From Promethearchaeia archaeon (GTDB lineage Archaea > Asgardarchaeota > Lokiarchaeia > Sigyniarchaeales > SOKP01), in assembly GCA_029856045.1 (NCBI GenBank), contig JAHQWG010000043.1, positions 32,001-96,000 of the forward strand: DNA of 64,000 nt, in the 5' to 3' direction. This document shows, piece after piece, positions 40,728 through 51,232 of this stretch (positions within the stretch are counted from its first letter, which is position 1; the number at the start of each line of letters is the position of its first letter). Below the pieces are notes generated by a model, which did not search any database, was not told the origin of the DNA, and saw nothing but the letters and a program-made list of their open reading frames with translations. The translations under genes and the position numbers were made by a program.

Positions 40728-41582
40728 ATGTTTGAACAAAGAAAACCTCAAAATTGGCCAGAATCTTATTGGAATCATATCAAAAGAAATATTGGGCTTA
40801 TTAAAATTCTAGAACAAGAAAAATTACGAGGTGCATCTGTCACTATCTTTGGCATGGGTGGACTCGGGGGACCAGTAGCAGAGCAACTCATCAGGTCTGG
40901 GATTGAATATATTTCAATATGCGATAATAAAACATTTGAAGAATCAAATCTCAACAGACAAATTTGTACAAGAGAGGATATTGGGAAATATAAAGTTGAT
41001 ATAACTGAAGAACTTCTTAGAAAAATAAATCCAGATATAACAATTTATAAATATTATGAAGTTAGTAAAAAAAACATTTCTAAATTATTGAGAAACGCAG
41101 CAGTATCCGTTTTAACTCTTGACGATCCAATTGTATCAATTTTAATCGCCCGTGAATGTCTAAAAAGGGATATTCCTTTGGTGGAGTCTTGGGGAATCCC
41201 TTATCTTTGGGCATGGTGGTTTACTTCTAAGAACATTGATTATGAAACATGCTATAGATTCGACACCAATGAAATGACCATAAATGAGATCAAACAGTCT
41301 GAGGAAATTCTTTTGAATATGAAAAAACGAGTATTTGATATAATGCAACAATTCCCAAACATATTAGAAACATATGATCGAGAAAAGGGTACGGTCGAAG
41401 GACTACTCTCCGGGCAGTTTCCTTTTATATCTTTCGCACCAATAGTAAGGATGACCGTATCGTATCTTTCTTTTGAAATCATCTTCTCTGGAATACTAAA
41501 AATTAAACAAATGATTTTAGCGCCAAATATTATAGGTTATGATTACATTCAAATGAAACCAATTAATTTTAGTGTTGGTTAA
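40728..41582 (+). CDS. ThiF/E1-like adenylyltransferase lacking Zn-binding CxxC pairs
   Basis: RNIG...QEKLR, GMGGLG, CDNKTFEESNLNRQ, GKYK. Confidence 0.85.
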   Translation: MFEQRKPQNWPESYWNHIKRNIGLIKILEQEKLRGASVTIFGMGGLGGPVAEQLIRSGIEYISICDNKTFEESNLNRQICTREDIGKYKVDITEELLRKINPDITIYKYYEVSKKNISKLLRNAAVSVLTLDDPIVSILIARECLKRDIPLVESWGIPYLWAWWFTSKNIDYETCYRFDTNEMTINEIKQSEEILLNMKKRVFDIMQQFPNILETYDREKGTVEGLLSGQFPFISFAPIVRMTVSYLSFEIIFSGILKIKQMILAPNIIGYDYIQMKPINFSVG

Positions 41583-41702
41583 TTAGAAAATAATTAAATA
41601 AACATTTACTAATGGTTTAAATATATATATATATTGGTATTATTGATATTTTAAAGTAAAAAAAATTTTAAAAAATTATTATTTCTAACAGGGGATGGAA
41701 TT

Positions 41703-42407
41703 TTGATTTTTCAAGGAACAGAATGGATAAGGGAATTATTTATTCTTATCTTGTATCCATTTCTTGTAATATTTTTCCTAATTCTTGCATATAAAGTGTT
41801 AAAAAGAAAAAGAGACCGTGCACCAATAACTTTAAGTACATTTTATATAATAGTCAGCGTTGGTTTGATGCTAAATATTATATATTTATTAGTGACAATT
41901 ACCGAAGTAGAAATCGTTCTTTATTTGTTATATTATTTATCTTCGTTTTTAACCATCTTTTCCTTTATTTTTATTATTCTTTTTATAAATATTATTCTTA
42001 AAGTGGATTTTACAAACAAGAAATATTTGCTTATTGTATTTTTCTATGCTTTAGGATGTATTCTATTACATCTTTTTCCGGGAGGAATAACTCTCACTGA
42101 AAATTGGACACCTGTTTATAATTGGATTTTTTTTATTTTAGCCTATATTTATATTACCTTTTTTATCGCCGTTCCTTCAATCGTATATTCAATACAATTA
42201 TCTCGTAAATTTATAGATCAAAATTTAAAAAAGAAGTTGAAAATGTTTCTTATTGGTATTACTGGAATGATATTTACTTTATATGGAGCTATACTCTTTA
42301 ATACTTGGCAAGATCCAATCTTTAAGTCCATATATAGTGTTTCCGTAATAATTATATTGATTTCATCGGGATTACTAATATATTACGGAATTGGACGAAC
42401 TCTGTAA
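41703..42407 (+). CDS. Seven-TM membrane protein (receptor-like)
   Basis: Seven hydrophobic segments, basic loops KRKRDR and KKKLK. Confidence 0.65.
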   Translation: MIFQGTEWIRELFILILYPFLVIFFLILAYKVLKRKRDRAPITLSTFYIIVSVGLMLNIIYLLVTITEVEIVLYLLYYLSSFLTIFSFIFIILFINIILKVDFTNKKYLLIVFFYALGCILLHLFPGGITLTENWTPVYNWIFFILAYIYITFFIAVPSIVYSIQLSRKFIDQNLKKKLKMFLIGITGMIFTLYGAILFNTWQDPIFKSIYSVSVIIILISSGLLIYYGIGRTL

Positions 42408-42661
42408 AATTAGATATTTTTCTGCTTTTCTTCATCCGATAAATTTAAAGGATATTTATGGAAAAGGTTATTTCAAAACGAAAGTTTTAGAAAATAGTTT
42501 TTTCACTTTATTTTTTATAAGGTAAAGTTTTAACTTATAAAATTCTTTAAACTTATTTACAATATATCTCTTATATTTTATAATAAGAACAGATAATAAG
42601 TTAATTCCATAATTATTAGATTGAATATATCAGTTATTATATAAAATTGAGGTAATTTGAA

Positions 42662-42886
42662 ATGAAAGAAAAAGTAAATGAAATTATTCAAAAGATAAGA
42701 CCGCAGCTTCAAATGGATGGCGGTGATGTTGAACTTGTCGATGTATCAGACGATGGAATCGTAAAAGTAAGATTACAAGGCCATTGTCGTGGATGTGCTT
42801 ACTCGCAAATGACTCTCAAACTCGGGATTGAAAGGGCATTAAAACAAGTAATTCCTGAAATTCAATATGTAGAATCTGTACCTTAA
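42662..42886 (+). CDS. NifU C-terminal (Nfu) Fe-S carrier
   Basis: IRPQLQMDGGDVELV, GHCRGC, TLKLGIE. Confidence 0.92.
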   Translation: MKEKVNEIIQKIRPQLQMDGGDVELVDVSDDGIVKVRLQGHCRGCAYSQMTLKLGIERALKQVIPEIQYVESVP

Positions 42887-42995
42887 ATAACTGTAATTTA
42901 AGTTTATTTAAGCACTTTTTTTATCAATTCTACATTTAAGATTAATTCCCAATAAAATAAATTATATAAAGTTACTATACTTTATTGAATTAATT

Positions 42996-44246
42996 ATGAA
43001 AAGAGAAAACGATACTAATACATCTGAAAACTCCGAACAAGGAGCAGAAAAAGAAAAAGAACCTATTAAGAAAACTCAAGGACAATTAATTCAAGAAGCC
43101 TTAGGTTTAGATCAAGAAGCTATCGGTAAAATAGAAAAACAACTCTTTATTTCGAAATTTATAGATTCAATTTCTGAAGATATTTTTGATTACATTTATC
43201 GAGATCGCATTTTAGAGAAATATCTGGATATGTTAAAAAAGAACCTAAGTGAATTAGATGAAGGTCCTGAAGCTTTAACACAAGAAACTTATGAACAAAA
43301 ACAAATAGAACCTACTATTTTTGAATTAAAATCTAAAGCAGAAGAAGTTGCTCAAGAAAACGATATAAACAGATCATTGAATTCAAAATTAAAAAGAAAT
43401 GGTTTAATCGGTATGTTACCGCTTTGTATTTTAGTAATACTTATTTATATCATACCCCCTGAATTTACTTTTTATCTTATGATACCCATTTGTTTTCTTT
43501 GTTTCCTCCCACAATTACTACGCTCTCGAATAGTCCAAAAATGGAATAATTTTAAGGAAGAAAATAAAAAGATGTTTTATCAAGAAAATAGAGAGAAAAT
43601 AATTTTATTAAAAGAATTTGTACAAATTGTATTAGATAATATCCATAAATCTCTTCTTGACAAGAAAATACCTCTAGAATTAATCAAGTTCTCATTAAGT
43701 TCCAGTGATTATAAGAATTTGAAATTGATAAATGAACAAGTATTAAGAGGTGGAATAACACAATTTTTTTTTACATTTGAATATCCGCCTGGAGTAGAAC
43801 CATTTCCTATTCCAGAAATAATTAAGGAAAAATATATGGAACCTGTTGTTTCTGGGAAAAGAACAGAACAAGTCGACAATTTTTTAATTTTAAAAAATAT
43901 TAAAGTGTTAAATGGAGAAATTGAAAAATTCGAAGTTGAACTAAAAGAAGATTTAAAGAATGACATAAATACTCTATTAAATTCTTGCAAGTTTGAGAAG
44001 GCTAAAGATTTTAGTTTAATAATGCCAAATTATACGCCTGAAACAGCCATTCATTGTGTTTGTGGAGAAATTGCTGAGTTTTCAAATGTGCAGAAATGTT
44101 CTTGGAGTGAAACTGAATCAGAGGAAAAATTTGAATTTTATCTTTTTGAGTCTGAAAAGTGTAAATGTGGAGAAAAAATCTATGTTCTCTCACCTATGGA
44201 AGAACAAATAAAAATTCCAGATAAGTGGAAAAAGATTTTTGGTTAG
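42996..44246 (+). CDS. Two-TM membrane protein with C-terminal Zn-finger-like domain
   Basis: Hydrophobic hairpin near aa 135-175; HCVCGE and CKCGE. Confidence 0.55.
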   Translation: MKRENDTNTSENSEQGAEKEKEPIKKTQGQLIQEALGLDQEAIGKIEKQLFISKFIDSISEDIFDYIYRDRILEKYLDMLKKNLSELDEGPEALTQETYEQKQIEPTIFELKSKAEEVAQENDINRSLNSKLKRNGLIGMLPLCILVILIYIIPPEFTFYLMIPICFLCFLPQLLRSRIVQKWNNFKEENKKMFYQENREKIILLKEFVQIVLDNIHKSLLDKKIPLELIKFSLSSSDYKNLKLINEQVLRGGITQFFFTFEYPPGVEPFPIPEIIKEKYMEPVVSGKRTEQVDNFLILKNIKVLNGEIEKFEVELKEDLKNDINTLLNSCKFEKAKDFSLIMPNYTPETAIHCVCGEIAEFSNVQKCSWSETESEEKFEFYLFESEKCKCGEKIYVLSPMEEQIKIPDKWKKIFG

Positions 44247-44271
44247 ATTTTTTTTCAATTCATTATAAAAA

Positions 44272-45618
44272 TTATTCTTTTTTTATATCTTTATAATATT
44301 TTAAAAGCATAGCGTAGCCCCGTACAGCCCTCTCTACCTCGTTTTCAAAAACTGGAATATTCAATTTTGTTGCAATATCAATCACCCGCATTGCACCTTC
44401 TCTTTCCGCTTGGATTAGAAGAGTTATTATTGGCTTATTAGGAAATTTTTCTTTTATTTTTGAAAAAATATAGAAATCAAATTCAATTTCTTGGAAAAAT
44501 TCGAGAGCTAAAATTAAACCATCAACATCATCATCATTTAATAAAATTTCACTTCCTAAATAATAAATTGTACATATTTCAGTGCCAATAAATTTCTTTG
44601 GAGGCCAATAATCTACTGGATTACCGTATTTACAAGTTGATCCTCCTATTTTCATTGATATTAAATCTTGACTTACTTGTGAAGGCTTTGCCAAACTTAA
44701 GCCTTGCTTTCTCATTTCTTTAACAATTAATAAAATTGCGCCGGAAGATGGACCTATAATTCCTAATTTATTTCCACCTGGCTTTGGAAGCCAGAGAAAT
44801 AATTTTGATAATTCAAAAAGTTCAATATAATTTTGAACTGCAAGACCACCAGCCATTTTCAATGATTCTTCTGCAACAGTATCTTTTCCAACATAAAAAA
44901 ATAGAATTGGTTTATTTGGTGCAATTTTCGAGACTGAATCTATTAATGTTTGATCAATTTGTCTTAAAAAAAGAGAAATGACTCTTGTTGTCTCGTCTTT
45001 TTCTAGATAAAATAATGTATCTGCAATGTTGATTTTATATCCTTCACCAAGATGTATTACTTTTGAGATAGGCAAGTTTTGGCTTGGACTCCACCACCCC
45101 AATCCCCCTGCAAGACCTCCTGATTCGATAATTATGCTAACACCAAATTTTAATCCACGATTTTTTTGAAGAATATGACGTCTAACTGGAATTATCGAAG
45201 TTGTAAAATTATCAATATAATTCATGACACCAATCATAGAGGGCCCCATATATCTAATATTATATTTATTACAAGTTTCTTCTAATTCTTGGATAATGTT
45301 CCCATTTATGCTTTTTTCCCCTAATTCTGATTCAATCATAACATTTTTTATACCAAATTTACCTAATTCTTCGAATAAGTCTTTTAAATTATTTCTTAGC
45401 ATAATTATTGCTAATTCCGGAATTTCAGGAAGTGATGATAGATCATTATATGACTGGATACCTAAAAGTTCATTTGTATTTGGATTAATTATATAAATAT
45501 TTCCACTAAATCTGATATCTAGTAAATTTCTTACAACTATTTGATTAAATGTAAATTCTTTTCTTGAAGCGCCAATTATTACTAAAGATTTTGGATTAAA
45601 AAAAGGTTCTAAATTCAT
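44272..45618 (-). CDS. ADP-forming acyl-CoA synthetase alpha-subunit homolog (degenerate)
   Basis: FFNPKSLVIIGAS CoA-binding start, GNPVD; phospho-His segment not found. Confidence 0.7.
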   Translation of the reverse strand: MNLEPFFNPKSLVIIGASRKEFTFNQIVVRNLLDIRFSGNIYIINPNTNELLGIQSYNDLSSLPEIPELAIIMLRNNLKDLFEELGKFGIKNVMIESELGEKSINGNIIQELEETCNKYNIRYMGPSMIGVMNYIDNFTTSIIPVRRHILQKNRGLKFGVSIIIESGGLAGGLGWWSPSQNLPISKVIHLGEGYKINIADTLFYLEKDETTRVISLFLRQIDQTLIDSVSKIAPNKPILFFYVGKDTVAEESLKMAGGLAVQNYIELFELSKLFLWLPKPGGNKLGIIGPSSGAILLIVKEMRKQGLSLAKPSQVSQDLISMKIGGSTCKYGNPVDYWPPKKFIGTEICTIYYLGSEILLNDDDVDGLILALEFFQEIEFDFYIFSKIKEKFPNKPIITLLIQAEREGAMRVIDIATKLNIPVFENEVERAVRGYAMLLKYYKDIKKE

Positions 45619-45753
45619 AACTTACAGATTATTAAATTCGAATAGAAATTCAAATATTTAGTTTTATTTATTTTTAAGTTAAATTAATCATTAATAAAAT
45701 ATTAAATTAAATGATTTATTAAAAATCAAAAGAAAATAAAATGTGGGTAAAGT

Positions 45754-46254
45754 ATGGATAAAGAGCAAATTAAAAAAAATGCTGAGTTTTTAATAAAAGA
45801 ACTCCCAAGTATGGAAATTCCTGGCGTGGCAAAAGTTAGATGTAAATATAAAAAAATGGTTGATTTTGCAAAATGTTTTGGAATTACTGATAAGAAATAT
45901 ATTGGATCTGAAGAAGAGGGGATTATCGCTTGTCCTGCTTTTGCTAATTCTTATGCAGTTAAGGCTTTTTATACTCTAGTTCCGGGTGTAAAATTAGAAC
46001 AGGATGGTGTAAAAAGAGATTTAGCTTTAGTCCCAACAAAATTACTTCATGCCTCCCAAAAATATAATTGGGAAAATTGTTTTCCAATTAAACCTGGTGA
46101 TGTTCTTATTGCAAAAGCAAAGTTTGGTAAGGTATGGGTTCATGAAGAGTCAATGCGATTATTCGCTCAAATGTTTTTAACAGTTAAAAATCAAAATGAT
46201 GAATTAGTATGCCAAATTACTGCTGGGGCAGCAATAGCTGCAGGAGGTTATTAA
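45754..46254 (+). CDS. MaoC/hot-dog dehydratase, non-catalytic half
   Basis: IACPAF, LLHASQKY, PIKPGDVL. Confidence 0.7.
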   Translation: MDKEQIKKNAEFLIKELPSMEIPGVAKVRCKYKKMVDFAKCFGITDKKYIGSEEEGIIACPAFANSYAVKAFYTLVPGVKLEQDGVKRDLALVPTKLLHASQKYNWENCFPIKPGDVLIAKAKFGKVWVHEESMRLFAQMFLTVKNQNDELVCQITAGAAIAAGGY

Positions 46255-46257
46255 CAA

Positions 46258-46797
46258 ATGCCGAATATTTCTGATATAAAAGTTGGACAAGTCTTACGTT
46301 CTGAATTCGATCAAATAACTCGAGAATTATTACAGAAATACGCAAAATCTTCAGGTGATACAAATCCCATACATACAAATGATGCAATAGCTGAAAGAGC
46401 TGGATTAAAAGGAGTAATAGCTCATGGATTATTTAGCTCTGGCTTTATAATAAAAATGTTGGATGATTTTGTTGGAAAAAGTGGAAAACTAATAGAACTC
46501 GATATTGAAATGCGTGGCATGGTCAGGGTTGGAGACATCCTCATCACAGAAGGAACTGTTACAAAAATTGAGAGTAATAGGGTTTATTTGGATATCAAAC
46601 AAACAACAATTACACCTGTGGAAATTAAAAAAGATGGAAATGTAGTAAAAAAATTTGAAGCTGGGGAAAGAGGATATATTTCAGAAAAAGATATTGCTAG
46701 AAACCTTATTAAAACCAAGGAAGTTGATGAAGGAACTCTAACTTATAGAGAAAGAGTTGCAGCCCCAGGACATGCAATTATTGAATTAAATAAATAA
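46258..46797 (+). CDS. MaoC family (R)-enoyl-CoA hydratase
   Basis: SGDTNPIH...VIAHG hydratase-2 motif. Confidence 0.88.
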   Translation: MPNISDIKVGQVLRSEFDQITRELLQKYAKSSGDTNPIHTNDAIAERAGLKGVIAHGLFSSGFIIKMLDDFVGKSGKLIELDIEMRGMVRVGDILITEGTVTKIESNRVYLDIKQTTITPVEIKKDGNVVKKFEAGERGYISEKDIARNLIKTKEVDEGTLTYRERVAAPGHAIIELNK

Positions 46798-46909
46798 TTT
46801 GGGAGATATTTTTAATAATATTATTCTTTATTTTTTTGTTATAATTGAATGTAATAAAATTTCTTTAATTTTTTTTAAAAAAAATTATCATGATATAAAA
46901 AAAATCATT

Positions 46910-49900
46910 TTACATTCCATAAATTAAATATTTTTTACAATATAAACAATTTATTGAATCCCCACAACGATATTTCTCAACTAATTCTGGTGGTATCTTT
47001 CCCCCACAATATGGGCATTTATTTGAAAAAATAGATATTTTAATATCATAAAATTGCTCTCCAGAAGTAATTAATTTTTTATTTTTTAACTCCCTTCTAA
47101 TATCATTTCCAACTTCTGCTAATAAGGCTGTTATTTGTTGTTCACTATCTCCAGATGTTTCCAATTCTAATGTGTGATTATCACCATTTAATAAGAAATG
47201 TATAATAATCTGATTATTTTTTACTTTTGTTATTCCATAATACCATGCTTCACCAAATTTATCTTTTTCAGAAAATTCCTTATACACTAATTTTATATGA
47301 TGTTTTCCTAGTGCATCTAAGACTGATAAATAAATTAAATATAATTTTCCCAAATCAATAATTGGAAAAAGTTTCCTATCACAATGTTTTAGAGATCTAT
47401 GGCGACTTTTTACTTTTGCTAAATTTGCTTCACTTTCTGTAAAAAATAATGGACATTCAATAGATATTTCTTTTGGGTTCATTGTGATCGCTTGAGGTTT
47501 ATCTTTTGCGTCATGGAATGAGATTGTTGCATTTACAGGGCTTTTAAGGCATTGAGTAGGTTCTAGCCATAATGAAATCGATTTTTTTTCATGTAATCCT
47601 AATTTGGAGATATAAATTGTGTCTCCCCTACGATTGTATTCTATAGGTTCATGAAAGATCCATTTTAATGAAATAGGTATATCAAAATTGATTTTAAAAT
47701 TTGTTAGAGGAGAAGATGTATTATTTTCTAAACCTATTTTAAATCTAATTTGACCACCTTTTAATTCATATTCTCGGGTAATAATTAAAGCTGATTCCCT
47801 TTTTTCACTTTTTAGTATAGTTGTAATTTTAGGTGAAATTTCTTCACTCACATCATCAATTATAATCTTTGTGGCTGGTGTCGTAATATCATACATTTCA
47901 TCTAACTTTTCTTTAATTTGGTCTTGTAATACTCTGACATTATTCATTTTATTTTTAATTATTTCTAATAATTCATTAAATTGAGGATATTTTTTTGCTT
48001 TGAATAATGCATTGGAATATAATTCATATGATTCTTCTGAAGTTTTATTTGCTCGATTCAAGTCTGTATTTTGTAATGATCGGGTTCTTTCAACTTTTTT
48101 ATCAGCGCTTAAACAAATTTTTTCTATTTCTATTTGTAGTAGATATAAATCTATTGAACTTATTTTCGATTTTAATGATTCAAAATCTATTGTAAATCCT
48201 TCAGATTTTATTTTTTCAATAGCCTTTTGATAAGATGTTTTAGCAAATATCCATTTTTTCTCTGCATCTTCTAAATTTTGTACCTTATGAGATTTAGATG
48301 CAATTGTTTCAAAATTCTTCCCATTTTTTATGTGAGCATTACATATATTTTTATTGAGGTCTTTTTGATTTCTTTTAATTTTTAGCACTATTTCTTCTGA
48401 TGGTGCTTTTTGTAATGCTAATTGATAATTCTTAATTGCTTCATTCCAATTATTTATTGCAACCTCATAAGTGGATTTTGAATAATTTTTATTAGCTTCT
48501 TCTATTAAAGTCTTAGATTTACTTATTAAATATTCAAATTGGCTTTCTTGTTCAAGTATTATCTTTTCTATTAGCTCTTGGTCTTTAATTTTCTCAACAA
48601 CACGTGTTTTTATTTTTCTTCTTCCCTTTATCACAATTAATAATATTGGAACACTTGCCAAACTTATAAAAATAATCCATAAAAATATTTTAAATAAAAG
48701 ATCTGCTAATTGTCTTCTTGTTTCTATATTATCTAAGGCAGATAATGGGTTAGTTCCATAAGAAACTTCATTTCCATCAGAATATCCATCACCATCAGTA
48801 TCGGGGTTATATGGATTTGTAAGATATTCTTTTATTTCTGACCAATCATGTAACCCATCATTATCACTATCCATTGAATATATTGATAATATTATATCTT
48901 TAGAATTAGCACCATAACTTTCTGTTGTCCCAACCTCATAAATTATATTATTGGAATCTACAACCACTCCATTTACAACATCACGTGAAGATCCTCCCCA
49001 CGTTTGATTGTTTATTAAATCACCAGAAGAGTTATATTTCAATAATACAAAATCAGTTAGTCCCGCACCAAAATTTTCAGTAGAACCGACTATTATTATA
49101 TTGTTATTAGCATCAATAGCAATGTCCATCCCTAAATCATCTAGAAAACCACCCCAAGTTTTATTCCAATATTGATTTCCTGAAGAATTATATTTTATAA
49201 GAATAATATCATTTTCACCAGCACCATAACTCCTGGTATTACCAGTAATATAAATATCTCCATTAGAATCAGTTATAAGTGCCTTTCCTTCATCGTTTGA
49301 TGAATTACCCCAGGTTTTACTCCAAATTTCATTTCCTGAGGAATCAAATTTAATTAAAACTACATCTCCAGAACCCGATCCATAACTATCAGTTTTACCA
49401 GTCACATAATAATTATCGTTAGAGTCAATCTCAATATCATATCCAATATCATCAGAAGAACCACCCCATGCTTTATCTTCAAGTTGGTTTCCTGATGCAT
49501 CATATTTAAGGAACTTAATTTCATAACCATTATTTCCAGACTCAGTAGTACCAATTACATAAATATAGTTATTGGAATCTACTGCAACGCCTCGTCCATA
49601 ATCATCATCAGTAAACCATCCCCATGATTTATCTAATATTTCTATTCCTGAAGAATCATATTTATATAATTTTATATTATGCGCTGGTTCGGATGTTACA
49701 ATAGAGCCTACAATATAAATATCATCATTAGAGTCAAATGTTAGATCATATCCTCTTGTATTCTTATTAGGATCTCCAAATATTGTTTCCCATTCTTGGA
49801 TTGCCAAATGATTATATTTTATCAAAACTATATTTTCACAGTTTCTTTCGGTATTAAACGTATGACCAACTGTATATAAATTATTTTCAGAATCAAAACC

Positions 49901-50143
49901 TATTGCAAAACCCTCATCATCACCTGAATCACCCCAAGTTTTATTCAATACCGAATAATAATTATGGGGTCCTTGCGCCAAATTAGGATCAACATTTTTA
50001 TTATACAGATAATCTTCCTGTTTTTTATACTCAAAAATATTTTGCGAAAAAATAGTTATAGAGAAAGAAATTGTTATCAAACAAATTAAAAAAGTAAATG
50101 TTATATATTTTTTAAAAAAATATCTATGAAAATGAAAATTCAA
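46910..50143 (-). CDS. Single-pass membrane protein: beta-propeller, Ca-binding repeats, TM, TPR-like helices, appendage-like beta domain, Zn ribbon
   Basis: N-terminal hydrophobic helix; about 7 WG..DD.G...DSN repeats; DSDNDGL and DTDGDGYSDG; TM near aa 487-507; CPYC...CLYC. Confidence 0.75.
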   Translation of the reverse strand: MNFHFHRYFFKKYITFTFLICLITISFSITIFSQNIFEYKKQEDYLYNKNVDPNLAQGPHNYYSVLNKTWGDSGDDEGFAIGFDSENNLYTVGHTFNTERNCENIVLIKYNHLAIQEWETIFGDPNKNTRGYDLTFDSNDDIYIVGSIVTSEPAHNIKLYKYDSSGIEILDKSWGWFTDDDYGRGVAVDSNNYIYVIGTTESGNNGYEIKFLKYDASGNQLEDKAWGGSSDDIGYDIEIDSNDNYYVTGKTDSYGSGSGDVVLIKFDSSGNEIWSKTWGNSSNDEGKALITDSNGDIYITGNTRSYGAGENDIILIKYNSSGNQYWNKTWGGFLDDLGMDIAIDANNNIIIVGSTENFGAGLTDFVLLKYNSSGDLINNQTWGGSSRDVVNGVVVDSNNIIYEVGTTESYGANSKDIILSIYSMDSDNDGLHDWSEIKEYLTNPYNPDTDGDGYSDGNEVSYGTNPLSALDNIETRRQLADLLFKIFLWIIFISLASVPILLIVIKGRRKIKTRVVEKIKDQELIEKIILEQESQFEYLISKSKTLIEEANKNYSKSTYEVAINNWNEAIKNYQLALQKAPSEEIVLKIKRNQKDLNKNICNAHIKNGKNFETIASKSHKVQNLEDAEKKWIFAKTSYQKAIEKIKSEGFTIDFESLKSKISSIDLYLLQIEIEKICLSADKKVERTRSLQNTDLNRANKTSEESYELYSNALFKAKKYPQFNELLEIIKNKMNNVRVLQDQIKEKLDEMYDITTPATKIIIDDVSEEISPKITTILKSEKRESALIITREYELKGGQIRFKIGLENNTSSPLTNFKINFDIPISLKWIFHEPIEYNRRGDTIYISKLGLHEKKSISLWLEPTQCLKSPVNATISFHDAKDKPQAITMNPKEISIECPLFFTESEANLAKVKSRHRSLKHCDRKLFPIIDLGKLYLIYLSVLDALGKHHIKLVYKEFSEKDKFGEAWYYGITKVKNNQIIIHFLLNGDNHTLELETSGDSEQQITALLAEVGNDIRRELKNKKLITSGEQFYDIKISIFSNKCPYCGGKIPPELVEKYRCGDSINCLYCKKYLIYGM
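48870..49950 (-). repeat. Intragenic degenerate repeats of about 52 codons (SBBP-like beta-propeller blades); boundaries approximate
   Basis: Recurrent WG.S.DD.G..I..DSN.N.Y..G.T.SYG.G..D..LIK..SSG. Confidence 0.75.
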
Positions 50144-50412
50144 ATAATTTCACTCTTTTCATTCAATACTTATATTTAATCTTATATTAATTCAAAATTG
50201 TTCATATTAATAATTTTTAATTATAAATCTTTCTTACTTTTTAAAAATATATACCCTTATTCTTCAATCTGGAAATTTTTTTTAAAACTTGATTTTATAT
50301 CAATAAAAAAGCATAATCTCAAAATTAATTTTAAATGATAAATAGAGATATCGAAATTATTGATAAAATAATAATTTGATTTTTAAAAATCCTTTTATTA
50401 ATATGCCTACGA

Positions 50413-51060
50413 TTAAGTAGTTAAAGCAGCTTTCTTTTCCAGTTCAAAAGGACTAATTATTCTTTTCTTTTTGGCATCATAAAAGGGTAATCCTGATTGT
50501 TTTAGAAATTTTTCATCTTTATAATGCAATAAAACAGTTTGGCATTTAGTAGGTAGTTTTATATTTGCAATTCTTAATCGATCTTTTACCAAAGGTAAAT
50601 CTTTCTCATTACACATCACTTCACAGATAATCTTGCCCGCCTTTACCCGAGCAGCCTTTCCTATCGATTTCCCAAAGCTATTACGCATTCCAGATTGGAT
50701 TCTATCCGCTCCAGCGAAATTGAGTTGTCTATTTTCTCTGATAACTTGGAACGGTTTTATTTTAATTGTTAAATGGTAATTTTGACGTCCTATGCTTTTC
50801 TGAAGACTACTATTAATTGTGATTCTTATCGCTTCTAAGGCATAATGGCTTATTTGCACATTTTTTTCCGCCTTTAGTCCAACAACAAAATCATATTCTT
50901 CTCTTTTCTTCTCTTTAAGATTCAATCCACCTTGAAAAAATCTTAGTTTTGAATCAGCTCCTCCTCGAGCATATTCTCGTCGATGAGACCTACTTCTTTT
51001 CCGCTGAAAGGCAGGTCCTTTAATTTTTGAATAGCAGTGCCATGGTCTCTTTGAAGCCAT
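50413..51060 (-). CDS. rpl10e: 50S ribosomal protein uL16 (L10e)
   Basis: RPWHCY, ALEAIR, RENRQLNFAGADRIQSGMRNSFGK. Confidence 0.93.
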   Translation of the reverse strand: MASKRPWHCYSKIKGPAFQRKRSRSHRREYARGGADSKLRFFQGGLNLKEKKREEYDFVVGLKAEKNVQISHYALEAIRITINSSLQKSIGRQNYHLTIKIKPFQVIRENRQLNFAGADRIQSGMRNSFGKSIGKAARVKAGKIICEVMCNEKDLPLVKDRLRIANIKLPTKCQTVLLHYKDEKFLKQSGLPFYDAKKKRIISPFELEKKAALTT

Positions 51061-51232
51061 TAAAAATCACTTTCTAATATTAGCAAATTGAGATAAAAAA
51101 CCTTTCATAACTTATATTCTTTATTATCTTATAGTTTAAAGGAATGTGATTTAAATTTCGATAAAATTTCTTAAAAAGTGAATGATTCTCTTAAATAATC
51201 ATAAATTAATTTAAAAAATTTTATAAAATAAT

